Shown in pieces: positions 50,061 to 58,940 of a DNA stretch of 64,000 nt. Where the stretch lies: the IMG/VR virus record IMGVR_UViG_3300022752_000024, positions 64,001 to 128,000 of that record, one strand, 5' to 3'. Both the position numbers and the translations under genes were made by a program. A model generated the notes under the pieces. That model searched no databases and was not told where the DNA came from. It saw only the letters and a list, made by a program, of their open reading frames with translations. Each line of letters starts with the position of its first letter. Position 1 is the first letter of the stretch. Origin of the DNA: a virus.

Positions 50061-50993
50061 AGTGTGGTTTTTCTTTCGTTTTTTCAGCGTATACACTATT
50101 ATAGCGGATTCGGTGCCAATTGTCAAGGGTTATCGAGGGTTATTGGTGTTGTAGGAAAACAACGCTGGTGGGATATACTCTGAGGATTCTTTGTGACTCT
50201 GCGGTCAGGTTTTGGTGGGCTTAGTGAAATTAAAAAAAAGTTAATATTCTCAAACCCCTAGACCCGTAACTGAAAAACTCCTAGCAAAACCCGTGGATTC
50301 CAAAATTTTTTTCGGAGCAGAATCCACGGTAAATCCAAAATAAAACCAAACTTATGAGGTACCAAGAGGGGTTGAGTTAATTTACTCAGTCTAACTTAAA
50401 ATGCTTAAATGGTGCATCGAGAATATTGGAGAATTCCTAGAAGATACCGCAGATACTACACTACACATACACATCTACTCTATTTGCACTCACAACCATC
50501 TCACGTTGTTTCTTTTGATATTCTTCAAGTTTCTCTTTCTTTAAGAGACTCTCAAGACGATCCATTTGTTTTCTATAATCTTCAATACTCACTTCTTTAC
50601 GGAGTAATTGTAGACTGTGATTGCCATTAACGATTTTCATAGGAGTAGTAGGAATAGATTAGAACCAGTGCAGGCTTCTCTTATAGTTGAATTCATTGAT
50701 GATTCTGTCAATGTCAGCAGGAGACTTAGGATTACGTGAGGAGATATATTGATCAATTTCGTTCATTTGTTTATTAGCGAACCATTGAATAATCTTTGTT
50801 AACATTTTACGACCTTTCTGTATTTGTTTGTATACAGTTATATAGAAAGAAAATGTTGCAATTGCACATATACGTTTTATTTTATTTCATGATAACAGTT
50901 ATTTTAACTTCTCTATCAGCTTTTCAGAATGAATTAATCGTGCTTCTAGATATTCGATATACTCTTTCATTAGTTGAATTTGTTCTTGGTCGT

Positions 50994-51185
50994 TCATTCT
51001 TCAACTCCAAAGTGTTTCAAAATGCATTCATATGGGTCGTGTTCTTCTCTAAGTGCAATAGACGCACATTCTTGAACAATCAACTGGGCGAACTTTTGAC
51101 ATTCGGGCATATCCCAATGTCCGATACCAAACATATCTTTTTCGTACCCAGCCTCGATAGCAAGTTCTTTAATTCGTTCGTTCAT
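50994..51185 (-). CDS. Hypothetical protein, paralog of 51669-51935
   Basis: MNERIKELAIEAG..KFAQLIVQEC. Confidence 0.75.
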   Translation of the reverse strand: MNERIKELAIEAGYEKDMFGIGHWDMPECQKFAQLIVQECASIALREEHDPYECILKHFGVEE

Positions 51186-51188
51186 TTT

Positions 51189-51440
51189 CTATCCTTCAAT
51201 CAGAGTACGACTTTGTACATCCCAATAGTGTACTACGGCAGCCATAGCGGAAGTCAAGTCAATATATTGTCCTAGATGCTTTTCGTCATCAACAGTAAAG
51301 GTGTATTGTCCAGTATACACTAAAGCGATCCAGATATCCACGATAGCTTGTTTATTTGCTTTACCTAGGATTTTACCTGTCTGTACATCATAGTAGTAAA
51401 ATGCATTAGATCGTTCTTGCCATTCAAAGTTGTTTTTCAT
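51189..51440 (-). CDS. Hypothetical protein
   Basis: ORF track; likely start MKNNFEW at 51440. Confidence 0.65.
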   Translation of the reverse strand: MKNNFEWQERSNAFYYYDVQTGKILGKANKQAIVDIWIALVYTGQYTFTVDDEKHLGQYIDLTSAMAAVVHYWDVQSRTLIEG

Positions 51441-51668
51441 AGCGGTTTTGCGTAACCTTTCTTGTGTAGTGTTCCTGTAATATAATCGACATAACACCAC
51501 GATTGAGTCTTTGCCCATGCAACTACTGAAGTTATTGCCATTATTTCTCTCCGAACTTGGTACACTTGTATTGTTCTGCACTTGTTTTGTACATAACATA
51601 TTCATGCAGGTTATCCCATACATCTGGTTCACCATAAAATAGGAATACTAGAAGTAATATGGCAAATA

Positions 51669-51935
51669 TCATTCTGACCCCTCTGTGATTGGAAGGGGCG
51701 TAAGGGGCGTTGAATCTTTGAAATTGAAATGATCTCTTATTTCTTCTTCGACAAAAACAATACCATCATAAGAAGAATCCAATCCACACTTTCTCAAAGT
51801 AAACTCTCTGGCTACTTTAGCGCATTCCTCGACAAGCAATTCAGCAAACTTGTCAAATAAAGGTATATTACCTCCAGTGCAGTTTACGGGGTTGAATCCT
51901 GCTTCAATAGCCATTTGTATAATTCGGTCGTTCAT
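51669..51935 (-). CDS. Hypothetical protein, paralog of 50994-51185
   Basis: MNDRIIQMAIEAG..KFAELLVEEC. Confidence 0.75.
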   Translation of the reverse strand: MNDRIIQMAIEAGFNPVNCTGGNIPLFDKFAELLVEECAKVAREFTLRKCGLDSSYDGIVFVEEEIRDHFNFKDSTPLTPLPITEGSE

Positions 51936-52133
51936 TTACTTGCCTTCTGTTAAAAAAAGTGGAGAAGAACCTTCGTGTACAAAATTTTCTGCTAATTCTT
52001 CTGCGTCATTAATTCTTACTTTACTAAGTCTCTGTAAGTGTTTACCATCAACATAAAAATCTACCATGTAAGTATCTGAGAATCTAGATACTGTTGCTTT
52101 TCTGTTATCGATCTGGTATTCAGATAGTAGCAT
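51936..52133 (-). CDS. Hypothetical protein
   Basis: ORF track; AAGGAGA RBS. Confidence 0.7.
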   Translation of the reverse strand: MLLSEYQIDNRKATVSRFSDTYMVDFYVDGKHLQRLSKVRINDAEELAENFVHEGSSPLFLTEGK

Positions 52134-52163
52134 TTGGTTGTCTCCTTTATATTAATACTTTCT

Positions 52164-54272
52164 TTATGTAATCATTCCAATAAACTTGTTAAGTACAACA
52201 CGGTTAATAACTTTGTTTGTATTGTACTTGGTAAACGCTGTAACAAGACTGCGGGTCGTATTCGATTTTACTTGAAAGTCACCATCATCGTCAACATCAG
52301 TTTCGGCACGAATAATATAATACTCGTCATAACCAGATGAAGTACATGTTACGCTTTTCTCTTTCATGAATTTATCACGAATGTCATCTAGGTTTGCAGT
52401 CTTAGGAAACAGTCGGCGACTTTCTTGTTTAAATTCACGGCTATTCACAAGATAGAAACCAATAACATTTGTATTAGTAACTTGTTTTAAAATGCTTAAA
52501 GCAGCAGCAGTATATGATTCATTGCCAGGTTCTTTTACTTTTTCAATAATACCACTAGACTTGTGACGCATGACTGCCGATCGTTTAGCGGTAGTGGTAA
52601 AACTGTAATCATCTCCACCTTGTCTTGAATACAACAAATGACCTTCACCATCAGTAAGAAAAACAGTATTCACAACTTGTAGTTTATTCTCTTTTTGAAA
52701 CTTAGGAACAATCTTTATTGCAGAAAATATTGTTTCGTTGAGAGGTGTGTACTGCATCTTCATCCAGTCTGGGAAGCCACGCATTCTACTATGAGTAACA
52801 AGTTGAGAACCATGCAATAACACGGAAGCCATAAAAGAAAGTTCGTTTGCTGTCATCTTATTTGAAAGGATATTCATCAAATGAAAACGTTTCATAATAA
52901 TTTCATTCTGTTTGTATGTTACAGGTTCTTTGCCTCGTTCTGGATGATCGCCTTGATAATAAAAGTGATTGCTAAAAGCATATACCTCAAAAGGAATATT
53001 TACTTTTTTGCAGAACAATACAAGATTCAATAGCTGTTTAATTGTTGCATTCAAATGAGGAACCATCGATCCAGACCAATCAAGGAACATAACAAGTCCA
53101 TGTGATTTGCCACCAGGTACAACAGTCAGTCGTTTAAAAATATCATCATTAAATTTGTATGAATAAATTTTACTCATATTCAAATCGCCAGTCTTTGCAA
53201 TACTAGCACGTTTCATTTGATCTGCATTTTTACGCAGTTCAAATTCTTTTACTAGGTAAGAAACTACCTTTGAAGATTTTTTCTTAAATACGTTGAATTC
53301 TTCATTTGTAGTTATAGTGTTGAAGTATTGTTCGTTTTTATATCGGCTGATGATATGCTTATATGGAACAATAACACGATTGAGATCAATATCTTCTGGA
53401 ATGTCACCATATTCGTAATCCGTAGGATCAGCACTTACAAGTTCTTTTTCACGTTTTCGAAATGCATCATCGGTGTAAGATTCAATTTCATCATCTGTAT
53501 TATTGAATTCATCACCATCAGAATTTTTTCCTTCAGCAGAATCTTCATCTTCTGATTGGTCGTCAGGAGATTCTGGTGTATCAGATAATGAATCGTTTTC
53601 TTCATCAACTTCATCACCGTCATCAAAATCTTCGGAAGAATAATCAGTATCATCACTCCACTCATCAGTTGGTTCGGCAGGTTCATCTCCATTCTTCTGT
53701 TTGCGTTTTTCTTTTTCTTGGCGATAAAGTGCCATGATTTTCTTAGACACTTCAATAACATCATCAAAAGTTTCTAACTTTTCCATTTCTTCGACAAGAA
53801 AAAGTTCTTCATTATCGAATTTGATACCTAGAGATGCACCAATTTTGAAATGTAAATTCAGTCGATCTAGAATATTCATTCCATTCAAGTCAACACCGTT
53901 AGTAGCAAAAAAATCACGGGAAAGAAGTTCTCTGTAGGCTTTTGAGAATGGCGCACGGAGACCAGGATATTTTCGTTTGATTAGTTTTTCAATTCTAGCA
54001 TCTTCGACAACATTAAGAATTGCTTTAGGAATCTTCAAATCAACAACAGAATCATGCCAACCATGTTCTGGTGTATTCAATGCATGACTAATTTCGTGAC
54101 CAACGAACAGATCGTACAATTCAGGAGTAAGACCATCTTTAAGAATAGGAACTACGAGCTTTCTTTCTTTAAGATTAAAATATGCGGTAGGAACCTTTTT
54201 GTATTCAACAGTCAGATTTTCTGTTGCCATAAGTTTGGCAAGCTGCGATTTGGATTCTTGTGTGATTTGCAT
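52164..54272 (-). CDS. CobT-like metallopeptidase-VWA protein (partner of CobS/MoxR ATPase)
   Basis: HEISH zincin motif, NVVEDARIE, acidic linker, MIDAS DWSGS, TPLNE, FLTDGE. Confidence 0.85.
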   Translation of the reverse strand: MQITQESKSQLAKLMATENLTVEYKKVPTAYFNLKERKLVVPILKDGLTPELYDLFVGHEISHALNTPEHGWHDSVVDLKIPKAILNVVEDARIEKLIKRKYPGLRAPFSKAYRELLSRDFFATNGVDLNGMNILDRLNLHFKIGASLGIKFDNEELFLVEEMEKLETFDDVIEVSKKIMALYRQEKEKRKQKNGDEPAEPTDEWSDDTDYSSEDFDDGDEVDEENDSLSDTPESPDDQSEDEDSAEGKNSDGDEFNNTDDEIESYTDDAFRKREKELVSADPTDYEYGDIPEDIDLNRVIVPYKHIISRYKNEQYFNTITTNEEFNVFKKKSSKVVSYLVKEFELRKNADQMKRASIAKTGDLNMSKIYSYKFNDDIFKRLTVVPGGKSHGLVMFLDWSGSMVPHLNATIKQLLNLVLFCKKVNIPFEVYAFSNHFYYQGDHPERGKEPVTYKQNEIIMKRFHLMNILSNKMTANELSFMASVLLHGSQLVTHSRMRGFPDWMKMQYTPLNETIFSAIKIVPKFQKENKLQVVNTVFLTDGEGHLLYSRQGGDDYSFTTTAKRSAVMRHKSSGIIEKVKEPGNESYTAAALSILKQVTNTNVIGFYLVNSREFKQESRRLFPKTANLDDIRDKFMKEKSVTCTSSGYDEYYIIRAETDVDDDGDFQVKSNTTRSLVTAFTKYNTNKVINRVVLNKFIGMIT

Positions 54273-54300
54273 TTTAATGTCTCTCTAGTGAAGATGATAC

Positions 54301-54329
54301 ATTATCTCATGGATCCAACAATTTGTCAA
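54301..54329 (-). promoter_or_regulatory. Sigma70-type promoter
   Basis: TTGACA-17 nt-GATAAT, with an adjacent TGTTGC-N6-ACAACA palindrome at 54343-54360. Confidence 0.7.
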
Positions 54330-54350
54330 CAGAAAACCTGAGTGTTGCAT

Positions 54351-54524
54351 TTATACAACAGGTGATATCACAATGACATTACCGGCTGGATCCACTTTCA
54401 GATCCAAGTTTAGTTCTGTACCTTCTTCCCAACCAAGTTCGTCAAGGAGTTCTGGTGGAAATGTCATAATGGCATCGCCAGATCCATCTTCAGCATCTTC
54501 AACTACTAATTTATATTTTGTCAT
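54351..54524 (-). CDS. AbrB/MazE/SpoVT-like DNA-binding protein (57 aa, not in ORF track)
   Basis: DGSGDAIMTFPPELLDELGWEEGTELNL..VIVISP. Confidence 0.7.
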   Translation of the reverse strand: MTKYKLVVEDAEDGSGDAIMTFPPELLDELGWEEGTELNLDLKVDPAGNVIVISPVV

Positions 54525-54691
54525 AATTAAAAATAAGAAAATTGTTTACGGAGTTGTTCGTATTCTTCTAAATCTTTTTGCCATCTTGTTTTAATTGCCC
54601 AGCCTTTTACGATTTCATCCAGTTTTTTCCAAGGATCATCAACACCAACTACTTCACCGTTGTAAATTTTTTCGTTTTCCATAATATCCTA

Positions 54692-54886
54692 TTAATGATA
54701 ATAATCACTCTGATCGATAACAAAAGACTTGTTTTGTTTCTTTAAATTTCCTAGAGACTTTGCCATCACAACAAATTCATCTATTTCTTCCTCTGTCATT
54801 TCTTCTAGCATTTCTCCCATTTCTTCAATTAAGCAAATTTCTTCCTCACTAAAAAAATCAAGTTCATTCGAATTTGAGTCCGACAT
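54692..54886 (-). CDS. Acidic hypothetical protein
   Basis: ORF track; AAGGAG RBS before MSDSNS. Confidence 0.6.
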   Translation of the reverse strand: MSDSNSNELDFFSEEEICLIEEMGEMLEEMTEEEIDEFVVMAKSLGNLKKQNKSFVIDQSDYYH

Positions 54887-55562
54887 ACAAATTACTCCTT
54901 TCATCATAAGCTGTTGATAAACGATTTACTGCGAGATCATAAACATCAGTAACAATCTCTGCTCCAGCCCAATTTCTATGTGCGTGGATACAGGCTTCTG
55001 CGGTACTACCTGATCCCATGAATGGATCAAATATCATTTCTCCTGGATTTGTATAAACATCAATAAATTGACTAAGGAGTCCAGTTGGAAAGTTATCAAC
55101 ATATGCTTTATATGCTTTAACTTCTGTTTCTATCACATCCGGAATGGACATATCACTAAAACCAGGCCTGGAGAACTGTTTTCCGGGCTTCTTAAAGGTT
55201 AAAATGAAGGAGTAGTTAAAACGATACAGATTAGCTAGTTTTGAGCGTACCCATATTTTTTGACTTTTGTGGATCCAATGCAATTCTTCCATCGTATCTA
55301 TGATGAAATTGTGTTTTTTTATCACTTTTCCGCCAGATTTACGGTCACGGAGGATAATTGTGACTACATTATTGATTGGATTCAGTTTGGAGAAGGTATC
55401 ATACATCAATCTTTCCCATTTTGCTCTAGATTCATCAGGATTTTCCCCAATCTCGTCAAAATCAGGAGGTGATGTAATGACATAATGATACTGGAGACCT
55501 CGATCCAGAGTATCTAAGCAGTCTTCATTGTATAGAACACAATTATCCGTGGGCATATACAT
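54864..55562 (-). CDS. DNA methyltransferase (N4-C/N6-A, beta class)
   Basis: ITSPPD motif IV precedes the FDPFMGSGST SAM-binding motif. Confidence 0.85.
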   Translation of the reverse strand: MYMPTDNCVLYNEDCLDTLDRGLQYHYVITSPPDFDEIGENPDESRAKWERLMYDTFSKLNPINNVVTIILRDRKSGGKVIKKHNFIIDTMEELHWIHKSQKIWVRSKLANLYRFNYSFILTFKKPGKQFSRPGFSDMSIPDVIETEVKAYKAYVDNFPTGLLSQFIDVYTNPGEMIFDPFMGSGSTAEACIHAHRNWAGAEIVTDVYDLAVNRLSTAYDERSNLYVGLKFE

Positions 55563-55678
55563 TGATTTTCTCCTTATGTTTTACTTTACGGGTATATTGC
55601 ACATCAATTTTATGTTTTTGTGGTGCTGGAATAGGTGTCCGACAGACAGGTTTAGGTATTTTAACAATTATCTTCATT

Positions 55679-56035
55679 TTATCGTCTCATCTTAGCTATA
55701 TCTTTTGCCTCATCACTATTGAATATAGGAACAGCATTGGATTTATGCAAAGTACCAATACCTATCATTTTTGTTCCTGTATATTTTTTCTGATTATCGA
55801 TTGGCTTTGTAGCTGCTCCAGTGTCAGCAGAGTTTAAACTTGGTATGTGTCGAGTAGATCGTTCGGCAGGAACAACAAGCTTAGGCATTTTACTATTTGA
55901 CTTAAAAATCTTCTTATTCTGTTTTTTAACACCAGACATAGAATTAATTTTTTTAAGCCATTCGTCATATTCTGCCTGTGCAGCTTTTGTTAGTTTTTTT
56001 GGCTTTGATTTTCGAATGTATCCGTAAACTATCAT
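55679..56035 (-). CDS. Conserved hypothetical phage protein
   Basis: YTGTKMIGIGTLHKSNAVP..AKMRR. Confidence 0.75.
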   Translation of the reverse strand: MIVYGYIRKSKPKKLTKAAQAEYDEWLKKINSMSGVKKQNKKIFKSNSKMPKLVVPAERSTRHIPSLNSADTGAATKPIDNQKKYTGTKMIGIGTLHKSNAVPIFNSDEAKDIAKMRR

Positions 56036-56061
56036 GATAGTCCCTCACTAAAAGAGACTTA

Positions 56062-56090
56062 ATTATAATACAAAATCAAGAGTTTGTCAA
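56062..56090 (-). promoter_or_regulatory. Consensus sigma70 promoter
   Basis: TTGACA-17 nt-TATAAT; palindrome at 56097-56114. Confidence 0.8.
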
Positions 56091-56124
56091 CTACTATGTT
56101 GCAAATATACAACAGTCTTCGATT

Positions 56125-56301
56125 TCAGTAGTAGCGATCTTCTTCATCATCATAGCGATTTTTGTATTCCCATTCTTTTAATTTCTTCTTTATTTCAGAA
56201 TGTTCTTTTACTTTTCTTTTCACATTGAGCTTTTGATTACTTCGATCATAATCATCAGCATAGTCATCATTTTTACGAAATTTACCAGAAAACTTACTCA
56301 T
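56125..56301 (-). CDS. Small charged hypothetical protein (58 aa, not in ORF track)
   Basis: MSKFSGKFRKNDDYADD..; AAGGAG RBS. Confidence 0.6.
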   Translation of the reverse strand: MSKFSGKFRKNDDYADDYDRSNQKLNVKRKVKEHSEIKKKLKEWEYKNRYDDEEDRYY

Positions 56302-56319
56302 ATGAAAATAGTACTCCTT

Positions 56320-56697
56320 TTATTTCAATGTTAAAAACTTAATACCTTTTATCTTACTCTCAGGTAGTGTTTCTTTGTCACTATTTTTGGTTACAAAAAA
56401 TATTTCCGAATTTGGATATACTATTTGAACTATTCTTAATAGCTGACATGCCGTACCATCAATATCATCATATGAAAATACTTCATCAACACATTTTAAT
56501 TCTGTAACTAACCTTCTACGGGATTCGTAATTTTTATTTAAACTTTTTTCGTATTTTTTTAAATAGTTGTCAGAATGGACTCCAACAATTAACCAATCGC
56601 CTTTTAATTTAGCTTTTTTAAAAAATGCAATATCTTCAGATTCTATAGGATCAAACTCACCAATCGTAACAATTATTTTGTCTCTTTTTATTTTCAT
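56320..56697 (-). CDS. Cytidyltransferase-like protein with degenerate HxGH motif
   Basis: GEFDPIESEDI..AKLKGDWLIVGVHSD..LKCVDEV. Confidence 0.7.
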   Translation of the reverse strand: MKIKRDKIIVTIGEFDPIESEDIAFFKKAKLKGDWLIVGVHSDNYLKKYEKSLNKNYESRRRLVTELKCVDEVFSYDDIDGTACQLLRIVQIVYPNSEIFFVTKNSDKETLPESKIKGIKFLTLK

Positions 56698-57116
56698 GGT
56701 AGCATGTTGGGAAAACACTCCTTAACAAATCCGTAAGTTAGTCCTTTTACTCCTAAGTCTTTTGACATAATTCCAATTACAACTTCAGCTTCTCTAAATT
56801 CAAGAGACTCTAAAAATTGAAGGAGTAGTTCGTTTCTTTTTTCTTCAGTCAAAGCTTCTGCGGATGGATGACCATCTTGAAACAAATACAATCTACGTAA
56901 TTCGGTACTCAACTGTGCATATGATACGCCAGGAAGAGTGTCTGGAATCTTATAGTTGTCTGGTATTTCTTTTATCTTCCATCTATAATTTGGACTAAAA
57001 GTATATTCTAGAACCTTGACTAAAGTAGGAGATAAATTCTTTTCTATTACTGCTTTTCTTTCTGCTTTTGTTTTTGCTTCTTCAAACTCATCAAATATTT
57101 CATAAATGTTTTTCAT
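56694..57116 (-). CDS. Conserved T4-like phage hypothetical protein
   Basis: ELRRLYLF..QFLESL..EAEV; usual neighbour of rnh. Confidence 0.75.
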   Translation of the reverse strand: MKNIYEIFDEFEEAKTKAERKAVIEKNLSPTLVKVLEYTFSPNYRWKIKEIPDNYKIPDTLPGVSYAQLSTELRRLYLFQDGHPSAEALTEEKRNELLLQFLESLEFREAEVVIGIMSKDLGVKGLTYGFVKECFPNMLP

Positions 57117-57973
57117 TAAAATTCCTCAATAACATCCATCAGATTTTTTAATCGGTACTCAATAAAGTAATTTAATAATTTACTTCTTGGTGCTGGTTTA
57201 GTTTCATCATATGTATTTATGATTTTTTCCTTTATATCACCTGGTATAAGAGATAAGTCGATCAGTAGTTGATTTCGTGTAAATCCAGTATTTGCAATAG
57301 ATTCATAGTTGCTATAATGTTCAGCAAGAAACTTATCTAGTTTTCCTTTTGTGATAGGAGTCTGACGCTTCTCTAAAACAAAACAATCTGACGGAGAAAG
57401 TATGTTAGGAATACCATCACCTTTATCGCCTTTAATAATCTTCTCTTTTAAGTCCTGTATAGGATTTTGAGATACAACAAATTTCTTCAAAGCAGGATTG
57501 TACTGCTTCACGTTAAATTTGCTTTTATTATTATATGCTTGAAGTTGTAGAAAGTCGCCATCGCTCGAAAGAATCAAAATATTCTCATGCATAATGTGAC
57601 GAGGTACGAGTGTACCAATAATGTCGTCGGCTTCGGCACCTTCAACATCAATTACTTTATATGGAAAATTTTCTTTGAGTTCTGTTTTGAGTTTGGCAAG
57701 AATATCAAAAATTAAATGCCAATCAAGATCAGATTTTTCACGGGCTTTTTTACGACCGGCTTTATAGAAAGGAAATATTGATTTGCGCCAGTAGTTGCGG
57801 TTATCACAACACAGAACTACTTCGCCATATTCTTTAAATTTATTAGTATTGGTACGAATAACATTCAGCACCATGTGGCGAACCAATCCTTCTTCTAGCT
57901 TAACATTTTTTTGTGATGCGAGTTGTGCCATAATGCCAGACAGCAGAACTTGGTTTAAGTCAATTAGTATCAT
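57116..57973 (-). CDS. rnh: T4-type RNase H (5'-3' exonuclease)
   Basis: ILIDLNQ, YWRK..FPFYKAGR, EADDII, SSDGDFLQL, GDKGDGIPN. Confidence 0.93.
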   Translation of the reverse strand: MILIDLNQVLLSGIMAQLASQKNVKLEEGLVRHMVLNVIRTNTNKFKEYGEVVLCCDNRNYWRKSIFPFYKAGRKKAREKSDLDWHLIFDILAKLKTELKENFPYKVIDVEGAEADDIIGTLVPRHIMHENILILSSDGDFLQLQAYNNKSKFNVKQYNPALKKFVVSQNPIQDLKEKIIKGDKGDGIPNILSPSDCFVLEKRQTPITKGKLDKFLAEHYSNYESIANTGFTRNQLLIDLSLIPGDIKEKIINTYDETKPAPRSKLLNYFIEYRLKNLMDVIEEF

Positions 57974-58003
57974 GATAATATCTCAAAGTTATGAGACTAT
58001 AGT

Positions 58004-58348
58004 TTACTCTATATCTTTCAATTTGTCAAATGTATTTTGAATAAATTCGGTTGATGTTGTTGTTTTTTTAGCAACTACTCCATAAAAATCACATGTTATC
58101 AATCTAGAAATATATTCCAAAGGTTCTACTAGAATAGCTTCAAACAAATCAGGTTCTATAGGGGCTCCATCTTCGTCTTGTTTAAACAACATAATATGAT
58201 ACATATCACCCATTTCACTACCTTCTATAGTTTCTCCTGGTATTTTATATTTTGCACCTTCAATATTTACTGTATCTTCTTCGGAACCTGGTACAAAAAA
58301 GAAAGCATCGAAATTTTCATTCTTCGCTTCTTTGAGAGACTCTAACAT
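58004..58348 (-). CDS. Hypothetical protein
   Basis: ORF track. Confidence 0.65.
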   Translation of the reverse strand: MLESLKEAKNENFDAFFFVPGSEEDTVNIEGAKYKIPGETIEGSEMGDMYHIMLFKQDEDGAPIEPDLFEAILVEPLEYISRLITCDFYGVVAKKTTTSTEFIQNTFDKLKDIE

Positions 58349-58754
58349 TATAATCCTTAATATGTGATTTTCTAACTCTTACCATTATCCATGTATTGTA
58401 ATAGTCATCACATTCTATCACTCCACGGACAAATTGCTCTTTAGCTTCTAGATAACCACATTCACCTTTTGATTTGCAAAGATGCAATATCTCACGAGAA
58501 AAGTTATCCTCTCCGTGTAGTATAACATCATTTACTAATTCTGTGTTAGATCCGTAGTAAGTTTGCCAATTACTAGAAACTTTCACTTTTTTCTTTTTAC
58601 CTTTGACTTGTTTGGTTCTAGAAGAATAAAAAAATTTCTTGCCTATGTATTTTTTTCCATTCGTCAGATTGGTAATCTGGTAAACAAAACCATAATTATC
58701 ACCAATCAAGTCTTCTGTAAAATCTGTATTATTGTATGTCCAGTTTAATCCCAT
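58317..58754 (-). CDS. GIY-YIG family nuclease-like protein
   Basis: GFVYQITNLTNGKKYIGKK..YYGS..REIL..E..YYN. Confidence 0.8.
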   Translation of the reverse strand: MGLNWTYNNTDFTEDLIGDNYGFVYQITNLTNGKKYIGKKFFYSSRTKQVKGKKKKVKVSSNWQTYYGSNTELVNDVILHGEDNFSREILHLCKSKGECGYLEAKEQFVRGVIECDDYYNTWIMVRVRKSHIKDYNVRVSQRSEE

Positions 58755-58930
58755 TCATCGCCATCTTCAGAGTCGTCATCATCTATATATTCCTCTTGAA
58801 TTTCATCGATGACTTCTCCGCAGAATGGACAATGTTCTGGATACTCCTGAGAAACAAATTCATCCACGTATGCAACTTGGTAACTAGATTCGCAGCTAGA
58901 ACATTCTGCTGTTATTGTTTTATCGTTCAT
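58745..58930 (-). CDS. Small zinc-ribbon protein
   Basis: CSSC..CPFCG with an acidic tail. Confidence 0.7.
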   Translation of the reverse strand: MNDKTITAECSSCESSYQVAYVDEFVSQEYPEHCPFCGEVIDEIQEEYIDDDDSEDGDEWD

Positions 58931-58940
58931 TTATTTTCCT

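Larger units (their letters stand above)
42990..50126 (-). repeat. Dispersed family of ten early promoter/leader repeats
   Basis: TTGACAATT-containing -35, 17-nt spacer and TATACT/TATAAT-like -10 at 42990-43018, 44361-44389, 45635-45663, 46534-46562, 47834-47862, 48650-48678, 48935-48963, 49338-49366, 49784-49812 and 50098-50126. Most continue into a GTATCCAT..TGATTAATTGAT-like leader. Confidence 0.9.

Noticed and set aside
42990-50126. Dispersed repeats as a CRISPR array or integron attC sites
   Set aside because: Spacing is 300-1400 bp and irregular, the repeats are sigma70 promoters, and no cas or integrase gene is in the window.
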